From IMG/VR virus record IMGVR_UViG_3300025084_000007, positions 32,001 to 96,000 of that record: a DNA stretch of 64,000 nucleotides; one strand, written 5' to 3'. Each line of letters starts with the position of its first letter. Position 1 is the first letter of the stretch. The position numbers were made by a program, and so were the translations under genes. Source of the DNA: a virus. Of this stretch, positions 1 through 9,770 are shown one piece after another. The notes under the pieces were generated by a model. That model ran no database searches. It had not been told where the DNA came from and worked only from the letters and a program-made list of their open reading frames with translations.

Positions 1-459
1 TCTTGGGATATTACTACATCAAAATTAGTATTGAAGGATATTGTTCCTTATAATACAAATAATGTCAATATTGGTGTAAATGGATATCTGTATGAGTTCT
101 CAAGTAACAGTACAGTTGTTGATATGGTTATTGTAAATAACGGAACAAACTATACCGCAGTTCCAAATATTGTTATTGAAAGTACTGGCGACATTCAAGC
201 GACTGGTACTGCTGTAATGTCAACATCTGGTGACCGAGTAGATTCCATAACCATCACAAATGGAGGTTACGGAATTGATCAAACAGTGGACAATAGTTAC
301 AATCTACACCCAACGATTACATTTACAAATACTGGTGGTGATACCACTGGTTCTGGTGCAGCGGCTCAGGCAGTTTTGGGTGGAGAAAATATAACTGGTA
401 ATGGTGGAGCAACCTACCGCATCAAATCTGTTGAATACTCGACATTAGTTCGCTCGTAA
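1..459 (+). CDS. C-terminal part of baseplate wedge protein (probable gp7), 5'-truncated by window
   Basis: Frame open from base 1 to TAA at 457-459; ITITNGGYG-type beta repeats; directly upstream of gp8 as in T4-like synteny. Confidence 0.55.
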   Translation, partial: SWDITTSKLVLKDIVPYNTNNVNIGVNGYLYEFSSNSTVVDMVIVNNGTNYTAVPNIVIESTGDIQATGTAVMSTSGDRVDSITITNGGYGIDQTVDNSYNLHPTITFTNTGGDTTGSGAAAQAVLGGENITGNGGATYRIKSVEYSTLVRS

Positions 460-464
460 CCTTC

Positions 465-471
465 ATAAATA
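465..471 (+). promoter_or_regulatory. T4-type late promoter (ATAAATA)
   Basis: cATAAATA in the intergenic gap, 28 nt before the gp8 ATG. Confidence 0.7.
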
Positions 472-498
472 AACAAGAGGACAATAATCCCTTAGGAA

Positions 499-2031
499 AT
501 GGCAGCTCTATTAACTGATCAATTTAGGATTTTCTCAGCGAGAAAGTTCATTAAGGCATTGGAAGGACCCGATGCCACTCAGAGTGATGATGTAGCAGGT
601 ACTACGAGAGATCGTTTGTATCTGTTCATTGGTCGTCCTCAAACGTGGGATAATGAAAATTCTCCTCCTCAAGCAGTAGATTCCTTCCAGGAATTTTCTG
701 GTTCTTATGATGACATGATCTCTCTGAAGCGCGTCCTCGCTTCTGATACGGTTCAGGTTGTTCGTCGTATTGACTGGGTTTCTCCAGAGCAGACTACGGG
801 TGGACTTGGTTTCACCTATGACATGTATCGTCATGATTATTCTCCTAGCAAGACTGCTTCCTCAGGTGCTACCAAACTTTATGATTCAGATTTTTATGTT
901 GTAAACTCACAATATCAAGTTTACAAGGTAATCTATAACGGAACATCTCCCTCGGATCCTAACGGCAAACCCTCTACAGTTGAACCTACAGGTTCTTCTA
1001 CTAGTATCATCACTACAGGTGATGGATATCGTTGGAAGTACATGTATACGATTCCCGTTGCCTCGGTCCTTAAGTTTTTCTCCAATGATTATATGCCCGT
1101 CTTTACAAATGACGCGGTAAAAACCAATGCAGTTGCTGGAGAAATTGACACAGTAGTCATCAGTTCTGCAGGTTCTGGATATAATAACGGAACTTATGAT
1201 AATGTCGCTATCAATGGCGATGGTACTGGCGGTAGAGTTTCTATTGTTATTGACGGTGGTAGAATTATTTCTGCTACTGTAACTTCTGGTGGTACTGGAT
1301 ATACATTCGGTAAACTCAGTATTGATTCTATCACTGGTATTGGTACTGGTGCTAGCGGTATTGTTGATGTTATCATGCCTCCTCCTGGTGGGCATGGTTC
1401 TGATTCTGTTGTAGAACTTGGTGCCTTCCGAGTCATGGTTAATGCCAAACTTTCTTATGATGAAGGTGCTGGTGATTTCCCTATCGATAACGACTACCGT
1501 CGTATTGGTCTTGTTACCAATCCTCTAAAGTTTGGTACTGAAGAACTCATTTCTGATTTGACAGTTTCTGCTGCTAAAGCAGTTATCTTCTCTCCAACAT
1601 TTCAAGGCAACTATGTTCCTGATGAAATTATTACTCAAACAAGAGTTGTTGGTGGTGTAAGTATCACTGGTCGTGGCAGAGTGATTTCATGGAATCCTAC
1701 TACTAAAGTATTGAAGTACTATCAGAACTCAATTGATGGTATTTTCCCTGAAGTTACAGGCACGCAAAACGAACTTGACGGTTCTAATGTTATTAGTGGG
1801 GCAACTTCTGGTGCTGCTGGGCAACCAGATGTAAACTTCCCTGCTGTTCCCAACTCATCTTCCAGAACAATTAATAATACGGAATATGATTTGGGCATGA
1901 AGTTCAATAATGGATATGGAAAACCCGAAATCAAGTCAAACAGCGGTAACGTTGTTTACATAGATAATAGACGGGCAATCAGTCGTGCAAACGACCAGGT
2001 AGAAGACATCAAAATCGTAATCGAATTCTAA
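499..2031 (+). CDS. gp8: Baseplate wedge subunit gp8
   Basis: LYLFIGRPQTW, YDMYRHDYS, DGYRWKYMYTI and C-terminal EDIKIVIEF motifs typical of cyanophage gp8. Confidence 0.9.
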   Translation: MAALLTDQFRIFSARKFIKALEGPDATQSDDVAGTTRDRLYLFIGRPQTWDNENSPPQAVDSFQEFSGSYDDMISLKRVLASDTVQVVRRIDWVSPEQTTGGLGFTYDMYRHDYSPSKTASSGATKLYDSDFYVVNSQYQVYKVIYNGTSPSDPNGKPSTVEPTGSSTSIITTGDGYRWKYMYTIPVASVLKFFSNDYMPVFTNDAVKTNAVAGEIDTVVISSAGSGYNNGTYDNVAINGDGTGGRVSIVIDGGRIISATVTSGGTGYTFGKLSIDSITGIGTGASGIVDVIMPPPGGHGSDSVVELGAFRVMVNAKLSYDEGAGDFPIDNDYRRIGLVTNPLKFGTEELISDLTVSAAKAVIFSPTFQGNYVPDEIITQTRVVGGVSITGRGRVISWNPTTKVLKYYQNSIDGIFPEVTGTQNELDGSNVISGATSGAAGQPDVNFPAVPNSSSRTINNTEYDLGMKFNNGYGKPEIKSNSGNVVYIDNRRAISRANDQVEDIKIVIEF

Positions 2032-5000
2032 TGGCACAAAATACCAATCTAAACGTTACACCCTATTACGACGATTTCGATAAAGATAAGAATTTTTATC
2101 GAGTTCTATTTCGTCCTGGTTTTCCAATTCAGGCAAGAGAACTTACCACGATGCAGAGCATTCTGCAAAACCAGGTTGAGAATGTAGGTTCTCACCTGTT
2201 CAAGGATGGCGCAATGGTCATTCCAGGTCAAGTAGGTTATGACCTGACAGTTGACGCTATCATGCTTCAGGAGTCATTCCTTGGTGCCGATGTTGAGTCT
2301 TACAGGTCTCAATTAAATGGATTGATTATTGAAGGTCTGTCAACTGGTGTTAAGGCAAAAGTTCTATACAGCATCTCTTCTACCGAATCTGATAAAGGAT
2401 ATATTACCTTATATGTAAAGTATATTGAATCTGGTGGTACTGATAATTCAACTGAACTGTTTGCAAGTAATGAACAGTTAGTTACAAATACAGAAATTAC
2501 TTTCGGCACAACTCTAATTGAGGTGGGTTCTCCCTTCGCTCAGTTACTGCCTACAGATGCACTACAGCAAGGTTCTGTTTCGTATGTACAGCAAGGTGTG
2601 TACTTCATCAGAGGTTTCTTTGTCGATGTAGATTATCAGTATATCCTTCTTGACCAGTATGGAAGTAACCCCTCCTATCGTATCGGTCTCAACATTCAAG
2701 AATCGATTGTTACCCCAGAAGACGACCTTAGTCTTAACGATAACGCTGCTGGAACATCTAACTATGCTGCTCCTGGTTCTCATAGATTTAGAATCAAGAC
2801 AACATTAATCAAGAAACTTCTAACTGATGATGCCGATAAGAACTTTATCGAACTCCTTCGTATCAACAACTCTAAGGTAGAGAAGTTAGTTGATAGAACT
2901 GCATTAAATGAATTAGAAAAGGGTCTTGCATTAAGGACTTATGAAGAATCTGGCAACTATGTTGTAAAAGATTTTGAAATCACTGTCAGAGAAAGTCTTG
3001 ACGATGGATTCAATAATGGTGTATATCCTGCAGGGATGACAACTTCCAATGGAACTGTTACCTCTGATGATAAGTATGCTGTTGAATTTGGTGCTGGTGT
3101 TGCATACATTAGAGGTTATAGAGTTAAACGTCTTTCTCCATCGTATGTAGATTTAGATAAACCTCGTGAAACTTTAGATGCACAAAATGTTATTGTCCCA
3201 TTTGAAATGGGTAACTATAGCAATGTTAATAACATCTTTGGATTCCCTAATACATCGGGTTCCACTATTACTAATGCGTATCACACTGTAGAACTGAGAG
3301 ATGTTGCCACTTCTTCTGCAGGTTCTGCTGCAGGAGATTTGATTGGATATGCCAGAGTCACATCAATCGAGCATCTTGCCGATCCTGATAACACCTTCGG
3401 TAACACTGATGATCAGTACAAACTGAATATCATGGATGTTCAGATGTTCACTGTATTAGAACTCGCTAGTGCTAAGAGTATCCCTCAGGGTTCTTTGGTA
3501 GTTGGTGGAACTTCTGGTGCTAGAGCATATATTGTATCTGCCACAACTTCTAGTGATAGAGTTGATGTATATCAAGTAGAAGGAACATTCCTACAGAATG
3601 AAATGCTTCTGCTTGATGGATCATTCCTTGATACTATCAATCATATCCATACTTATCAGTATTCTGATACACGTCAGTTTGTTGCAAGAGATGAATCAAC
3701 TCTTGCTATTGAATTTACTGCTGATGTAGTTCTTGAAGATGTTCAATTGGTGGAAGGTAGTACTTTCACTTATGATGCAACTGGTGGATCTGAAACTATC
3801 ACAGGTCTTCAGTCAAACTTTGCTCTGGATCTTCGTCCTGGAGACAAAATCTTCTTTAATAGTACTGAATTTGTAACTGTTGATCTAGTTACTCCTGGCA
3901 ATCTTGCTACTGGAGGTGTCGCATCAATCTTCAATTATGCATCTCAGACTGTTAATGTAACTCCTCCTAGCAGCAACTTCCCTAGTGCAGGAACTTATAA
4001 TACTTTACTTAGATATAGAACTCAATTATTTGATGTTGCTAATGCAGATCTTCTTAGTGATATGCCTAAGAAGTATATTAAGAGTATCTCTGACGAATCT
4101 ATGATCGTTAGAAGAACTTTTGATGCTCAAACAGTTTCTTCAGATTCAATCTCAATCACATTACCAGAGAATGAGCAGTTTGAAAGTATTACTGATCAAA
4201 CATATACTGTAACTGTATTAGCAGGTACAAATTCCACTCATCCTGTTGGAGATCAAATCACACTAGATACTGTTACTACTAGTGCTCTTGGTTATATCTC
4301 ATTCACATCAGCAGATAGAACTACTCTGCAGATTGAAAATCTTACAAATATCACATCAGTTAAAGTAACTGCTACGATTTCTAAGAATGTAACTGTCAGA
4401 AAAACTAAATCTGGCAATGAGATGTTTGTTTTAAAAGTAACAAACACTATTGCTAATTTAGATAAGCAAAATTATAGTTTAACTTATTCTAACCTTTATG
4501 GTACTAGAATCGAAGATAGGGAATTATCACTCGGTCTGACAGATAGTTATAGATTACATGCCGTATATGAGTCTAATGATGATAACGATCCTGTCATTCC
4601 ATCAGTAGTTTTAGTTGAACCTGTATTCTTTGCCAATGGCACTATTGTAACTGGTAGAACATCCAAAGCAAGAGCAAAGGTTGTCGATTTTGCATCAGGT
4701 AGTTTAAAACTTAGTTTGGTTTATATTACTGGATCCTTATTACCTGGCGAAACTGTAGATGGTTTTGACAGTACTGGAGCAGCAATTTCTGCTATCATCA
4801 ATGACAGCGAAGGTTCTGTTGTAGCTGGTTCTAAAGTGGTAACCGATAATTACTTCCTAGAAGTTGCACAGACTGGATTTATCTATAATATCTCAAGAGT
4901 AATTCGTAAGAAAGGCACTATTGCCCCTATCAGAAAACTGAAACTTGTTCTTGACTACTATACACATTCTTCAACTGGTGATTATTTTAGTGGACAGTCA

Positions 5001-8000
5001 TATCTGAATACTGATTATACTGATATTCCCTTCTTCAAGTTCAAATTCCTCGCAGATTACCTAGATTTCCGTCCAGGTGTAAAGAATTTGTATAGTGGAA
5101 CTGGTACTGTATCATCTCCAGCATACGTAAACTGCTCTACATTCGACTTCAAGTCACGAGTCTTTAATATCTCAGGCACTCCGAACGCAACTGTTTTTGA
5201 TATTCCTAAGTTGAACAGCAATTTCCGCTGTGACTTTAATTGGTATCTGCCTAGAAAGGATAAAGCATTCATCACACCAGATGGTGAGTTCCAGATTATC
5301 AAAGGTAAGTCTTCGGATACTCCAGAAGAACCCGATGATTTGAAAGATGGTATGCTTCTTGCTACTATTAGTCACAAACCATATGGTTTTGATCCTGAAA
5401 ATGACACTGTAATTGTTCGTTCCGATAACAGACGCTATACAATGCGTGATATCGGTGCTATTGAGCGTCGTCTAGATCAAGTTGAATATTACACATCACT
5501 CAATCTACTTGAAAGTGATACTTTTAATAGTCAGATTTTGGATTCTAGTGGAAAGAATCGTTTAAAGAATGGATTTATTGTTGACGACTTTAGTGATCAC
5601 GGCAAATCTGATACTGCTCATGAAGATTTCTCAGCAGCACTTGATTTTGAGTTTGGAGAATGTCGTCCAGCGCACTACACAACCAATGTACCTTTAATTA
5701 TTAATGAGAGTCTATCAACAAATTATCAGCAGACTGGTCCTCTAATTACATTACCTTACACTGAACTCAAGATTATTGAGCAACCATATGCATCTAGAGT
5801 TGAAAATATCAACCCATTTAATGTCTTCACATATATTGGACGTATTACATTAACTCCTGGTTCTGATGATTGGTTGGATACTTCCAGAGTTCCTGCAAGA
5901 GTCACACAAATTGAAGGAGATTTCCAACAAGTTTCTTCTGAACTGAATGTTGACCAGAATGGTTTTGCTCCTATTCAATGGAGAGCATGGCAAACTAATT
6001 GGACTGGTGAAAGAACTCTTGGTTCTAGAACTACCAGAAACAGCGGATGGTTGGCACAAGATAGAGGTAGATCACCTAACCCTGGTGTCTGGGGTGGTCG
6101 TGGTATGCGTCGTATTAATAGAACAACAACACTTGAAACGACAGGTTCACAAACTCGTCAGGGTGTAAGAAGTAGAGTTATTCCTAGAATTGACAGACAA
6201 TCCTTAGGTGATAGTATTCTTTCTAGTACTAGTATTCCTTGGATTCGTTCTAGAAACATTGACGTTGATGTTGCTCGTTTAAAGCCAAGAACTCGTTTCT
6301 ATTCATTCTTTGATGGTAGATCTACAGTCGATTATCAAATTCCTAAAATGATTGAAATCATTAAGGATCCATCGATTGATACCAGAACAAACTCAACACC
6401 ATTCGTTATCGGTGAAACTGTAACAGGTTTGACCTCTGGATGTAAGTTTAAAGTTGCTGCACCAAATGACTTCTATAGATTCAATCCATATGATGACAGT
6501 GTACTTCCTGAGTCTTATGCATCTACAACAGCATTCCTGAATATCGATACTGTTGAACTATCGAAGCAGGCAACTGGTGATTACTATGGTAACTTCCAAG
6601 TTCAGGAAGTTCTAGTTGGTACTTCTGGTGCAACAGCAGTTGTAAGAGACCGTCGTTTAATTTCAGATCGTTTCGGTAAACTCAGATCTTCATTCTTTAT
6701 TCCGTCTCCATCTCTTGACACCAATCCTAGATGGGCAACTGGTACTAGAACATTGAGATTGTCTACATCTGACACCGATTCACGTCTTGGGGGTGCTGTT
6801 GCATCTGCTGCTGAAACTAATTATGAAGCATCTGGTACTTTGAACACTATCCAAGAAAATGTTCTTGCTGTTCGTAATGCTGAAGTTGTTCGTGATACTG
6901 TAACTCAGAATAGAACAGTTCGTTCTACTAGAACTGAGATTAGACAGATTGGTTGGTATGACCCTCTGGCACAATCATTCATTGTTGATGAAACTGATGG
7001 TGTATTCCTGACTTCTATTGATGTATATTTCTTCAAGAAAGATGACAATATTCCTGTTTCGATGCAAATCAGAACTATGGAAAATGGTTATCCAACAACA
7101 ACCATTCTGCCATTCTCCGATGTAACCCTTGAACCTGATACTGTTCAGTTATCAGAAACTGCTGCTGTTCCTACTAAGTTTACGTTTGATGCACCAGTAT
7201 TCATTCCTCAGTCAGTTGAACATTGTTTTGTTCTCCTATCAGACTCCAACTCTTATCAGATCTGGATCTCTAGAATGGGTGAGCAAGATATTACTGGAGA
7301 CAGAACAATTTCTGAGCAACCATATGCTGGTGTTCTATTCAAATCACAGAACGCATCTACATGGACTGCTGACCAGTATGAAGATCTCAAGTTTATCGTT
7401 AACCGTGCAGACTTCACCAATACATTGAACAGTAGATTGGTTGTTAATAATTCAGCATTAGCAAGAGGTAATGGTGGTGAGTTGAATCTTCGCAGAGATG
7501 CTATTCAAACATTCACTCCTGAGTTAGTTCTGACATTAAACTCAACTACATTACCTTATACCGTTGGATCTCGTATCTACCAGAAAACGACTTTAGCAGA
7601 AGGTACTATCTCCGCTGTAACAACTACTGTTGCTGGAGTTCTATTGACAATCAATGATATTAATGGTACTTGGGCAGCAGGTTCTAACACTGGTGGATCC
7701 ATTTCTAACCGTGTAGTTTCATCTAAGACACTAGCAACTATGGTTGTTAGTACTCCCACAGGAGACTTTACTCCTGGTGAAACTATTACTGGTAATAGTG
7801 CTGATGCACCAACTGCAGAAGTTGTAACTTGGAACTCAGGAACCAATACATTGACACTTCGTTATGTATCTACTGACTTTACTCCTACCACAGAGACTAT
7901 CTCTGGTGGAACTTCTTCTATCACAGCAACAGTTAGTTCAATTGTTTACAGTGGAGATGCTGTTGAAGCTTCTGCAGTTAGCGATTCGTTCGTTAGTGCA

Positions 8001-9239
8001 ACACCTACTTATAGCACTGCACAAAGAAAGGTTCGTGTTTATCACAGTAATCACTGTATGCATAGCAGTTCTAACAATGTAGTTATTAGCGGTATAGTTT
8101 CTGAGGTTAGTGATACTTCATTAACCGCATCACTTTCTGCATCTGATGTTAGTATTTCGGTATCGGATGCTACAGCATTCCATAAAGTTATTAACGGTCT
8201 TGCAGTTTCTGTAAGTAATGTTGGATTTATTAAGATTGGCGATGAGATTATTTCTTATAGTGCAATCAGCGGTGATAATAAAACTATTACTGTATACGAA
8301 AGAGGTGTTGATGGTACGACTGCTGTATCTCATGCAGATGAATCAGTTGTTGAATGCTATAACTTAGATGGTATTCCACTACCTCAACTTAATAAGACTC
8401 ATACAGGAATCTTGAATCCTACTCTTGATTACTATGAATTGAGCACCTCGTCTATTGCTAGATTGGGTATTATTGGTGGTGGTACTAATATTACTGCTAC
8501 ACAAAATGTTCAATATAATGTTCTCGTTCCTCAGATTGAGAGAATGTTGCTACCTAAGACAGATATTACTGCTCGAATTAATACGATCAGTGGTACATCA
8601 ATCAATGATGGCACGTCTCTGGCACAAGCATCATTTGCTAACGATGGGGTATTCAATGATGTTATCTTAGGAACAGATAACTATCTCGAAAAACCTGCAT
8701 TGATTTGTTCTACAGTCAATGAATCTGCAGAACTGAGTGGCGCTAAGTCATTCAGACTAGACCTAACGATGATTAGTGAAAAGACTAACATCAGTCCTGT
8801 CATTGATACTGATAGATTATCTGCCACATTGGTATCTAATAGGATTAATAATCCTGCCGATGTCAACAGTGCAAACCTTGCCGTTGGTGATAAGCATGAG
8901 GCAGTTTACATTACAAGAACTGCTGATTTGAAGAATCCTTCAGGTTCTATCAAATTGTATTTTACAGGATACCGTCCTCCTAACACAACGATTAAGGTCC
9001 TATATAGAGTACGACCGATTGGTTCTACAACTCCTATTGAAGAATTAGGATTTAACTTCTTCCCCGCAGAAGGTTCCAACATACCAGTTACATCGGAGAC
9101 TCAAATTTTCAGTGAATATGAGTACGAGGTAAGTGGTCTGAACTTCGATCAGTATCAAATCAAGGTACTGTTTGTATCTCCAAACCAATCCTTGGTTCCT
9201 ATAATCAAAGATTTGAGAGCAATTGCTCTTGCTGTATAA
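2031..9239 (+). CDS. Large virion structural protein (VrlC-like/DUF4815 family)
   Basis: N-terminal PYYDDFD..FYRVLFRPGFPIQARELT, RLKNGFIVDDF and DPLAQSF motifs; 2402 aa, directly after gp8. Confidence 0.8.
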   Translation: MAQNTNLNVTPYYDDFDKDKNFYRVLFRPGFPIQARELTTMQSILQNQVENVGSHLFKDGAMVIPGQVGYDLTVDAIMLQESFLGADVESYRSQLNGLIIEGLSTGVKAKVLYSISSTESDKGYITLYVKYIESGGTDNSTELFASNEQLVTNTEITFGTTLIEVGSPFAQLLPTDALQQGSVSYVQQGVYFIRGFFVDVDYQYILLDQYGSNPSYRIGLNIQESIVTPEDDLSLNDNAAGTSNYAAPGSHRFRIKTTLIKKLLTDDADKNFIELLRINNSKVEKLVDRTALNELEKGLALRTYEESGNYVVKDFEITVRESLDDGFNNGVYPAGMTTSNGTVTSDDKYAVEFGAGVAYIRGYRVKRLSPSYVDLDKPRETLDAQNVIVPFEMGNYSNVNNIFGFPNTSGSTITNAYHTVELRDVATSSAGSAAGDLIGYARVTSIEHLADPDNTFGNTDDQYKLNIMDVQMFTVLELASAKSIPQGSLVVGGTSGARAYIVSATTSSDRVDVYQVEGTFLQNEMLLLDGSFLDTINHIHTYQYSDTRQFVARDESTLAIEFTADVVLEDVQLVEGSTFTYDATGGSETITGLQSNFALDLRPGDKIFFNSTEFVTVDLVTPGNLATGGVASIFNYASQTVNVTPPSSNFPSAGTYNTLLRYRTQLFDVANADLLSDMPKKYIKSISDESMIVRRTFDAQTVSSDSISITLPENEQFESITDQTYTVTVLAGTNSTHPVGDQITLDTVTTSALGYISFTSADRTTLQIENLTNITSVKVTATISKNVTVRKTKSGNEMFVLKVTNTIANLDKQNYSLTYSNLYGTRIEDRELSLGLTDSYRLHAVYESNDDNDPVIPSVVLVEPVFFANGTIVTGRTSKARAKVVDFASGSLKLSLVYITGSLLPGETVDGFDSTGAAISAIINDSEGSVVAGSKVVTDNYFLEVAQTGFIYNISRVIRKKGTIAPIRKLKLVLDYYTHSSTGDYFSGQSYLNTDYTDIPFFKFKFLADYLDFRPGVKNLYSGTGTVSSPAYVNCSTFDFKSRVFNISGTPNATVFDIPKLNSNFRCDFNWYLPRKDKAFITPDGEFQIIKGKSSDTPEEPDDLKDGMLLATISHKPYGFDPENDTVIVRSDNRRYTMRDIGAIERRLDQVEYYTSLNLLESDTFNSQILDSSGKNRLKNGFIVDDFSDHGKSDTAHEDFSAALDFEFGECRPAHYTTNVPLIINESLSTNYQQTGPLITLPYTELKIIEQPYASRVENINPFNVFTYIGRITLTPGSDDWLDTSRVPARVTQIEGDFQQVSSELNVDQNGFAPIQWRAWQTNWTGERTLGSRTTRNSGWLAQDRGRSPNPGVWGGRGMRRINRTTTLETTGSQTRQGVRSRVIPRIDRQSLGDSILSSTSIPWIRSRNIDVDVARLKPRTRFYSFFDGRSTVDYQIPKMIEIIKDPSIDTRTNSTPFVIGETVTGLTSGCKFKVAAPNDFYRFNPYDDSVLPESYASTTAFLNIDTVELSKQATGDYYGNFQVQEVLVGTSGATAVVRDRRLISDRFGKLRSSFFIPSPSLDTNPRWATGTRTLRLSTSDTDSRLGGAVASAAETNYEASGTLNTIQENVLAVRNAEVVRDTVTQNRTVRSTRTEIRQIGWYDPLAQSFIVDETDGVFLTSIDVYFFKKDDNIPVSMQIRTMENGYPTTTILPFSDVTLEPDTVQLSETAAVPTKFTFDAPVFIPQSVEHCFVLLSDSNSYQIWISRMGEQDITGDRTISEQPYAGVLFKSQNASTWTADQYEDLKFIVNRADFTNTLNSRLVVNNSALARGNGGELNLRRDAIQTFTPELVLTLNSTTLPYTVGSRIYQKTTLAEGTISAVTTTVAGVLLTINDINGTWAAGSNTGGSISNRVVSSKTLATMVVSTPTGDFTPGETITGNSADAPTAEVVTWNSGTNTLTLRYVSTDFTPTTETISGGTSSITATVSSIVYSGDAVEASAVSDSFVSATPTYSTAQRKVRVYHSNHCMHSSSNNVVISGIVSEVSDTSLTASLSASDVSISVSDATAFHKVINGLAVSVSNVGFIKIGDEIISYSAISGDNKTITVYERGVDGTTAVSHADESVVECYNLDGIPLPQLNKTHTGILNPTLDYYELSTSSIARLGIIGGGTNITATQNVQYNVLVPQIERMLLPKTDITARINTISGTSINDGTSLAQASFANDGVFNDVILGTDNYLEKPALICSTVNESAELSGAKSFRLDLTMISEKTNISPVIDTDRLSATLVSNRINNPADVNSANLAVGDKHEAVYITRTADLKNPSGSIKLYFTGYRPPNTTIKVLYRVRPIGSTTPIEELGFNFFPAEGSNIPVTSETQIFSEYEYEVSGLNFDQYQIKVLFVSPNQSLVPIIKDLRAIALAV

Positions 9240-9475
9240 TGTCACACATTCCTGTAAAAAATAAAGATAACTGGTACAGAAACTCGGAAACGGGTTCTGT
9301 ACTGTGTTCTGATTCTGATACATATCAGAAATATATGGCAGCATATAAAGCAGATAAGATGAAGCAGGAAGAGTTCACCACTTTACAAAACGAAGTTTCT
9401 GAGTTAAAATCGGATCTGAGTGATATCAAATCACTTTTACTAACGTTAGTCCAAAGTAAAGAGAACAAATTATGA
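9239..9475 (+). CDS. Small coiled-coil protein, probably virion-associated
   Basis: 78 aa; TAATG coupling; C-terminal heptads LQNEVSELKSDLSDIKSLL. Confidence 0.7.
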   Translation: MSHIPVKNKDNWYRNSETGSVLCSDSDTYQKYMAAYKADKMKQEEFTTLQNEVSELKSDLSDIKSLLLTLVQSKENKL

Positions 9476-9690
9476 CGATTGAACAAGTTCCTCAGGTTGA
9501 CATGCTCTCTCAATTTAAAGAGCGTCTTCAAGCAATCATTACTGAGAATCAGCAACTTGCTGCTAAAATTAAAGAAAATGAAACAACGGGACTGAAACTT
9601 CAGGGTGCTATTGAGGCACTTGAATATTATAACCCTCAGGAGGAAGAAACCGCTTCCCAACCTCCAGAAGAAGAAGAAACTGAAGAGTGA
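9472..9690 (+). CDS. Small acidic coiled-coil hypothetical protein
   Basis: ATGA overlap with previous ORF; LKLQGAIEALE motif; followed by a terminator. Confidence 0.7.
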   Translation: MTIEQVPQVDMLSQFKERLQAIITENQQLAAKIKENETTGLKLQGAIEALEYYNPQEEETASQPPEEEETEE

Positions 9691-9697
9691 TACAATG

Positions 9698-9717
9698 GGG
9701 GCAGAAATGCCCCTTTT
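9698..9717 (+). terminator. Rho-independent terminator
   Basis: GGGGCA-GAAA-TGCCCC followed by TTTT. Confidence 0.8.
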
Positions 9718-9726
9718 CTATTACGC

Positions 9727-9733
9727 ATAAATA
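9727..9733 (+). promoter_or_regulatory. Late promoter (ATAAATA)
   Basis: cATAAATA just after the terminator, upstream of the fibre gene. Confidence 0.7.
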
Positions 9734-9770
9734 ACTTGGAAGCATAATCACTATCGAGTTGTCGTAAAAA

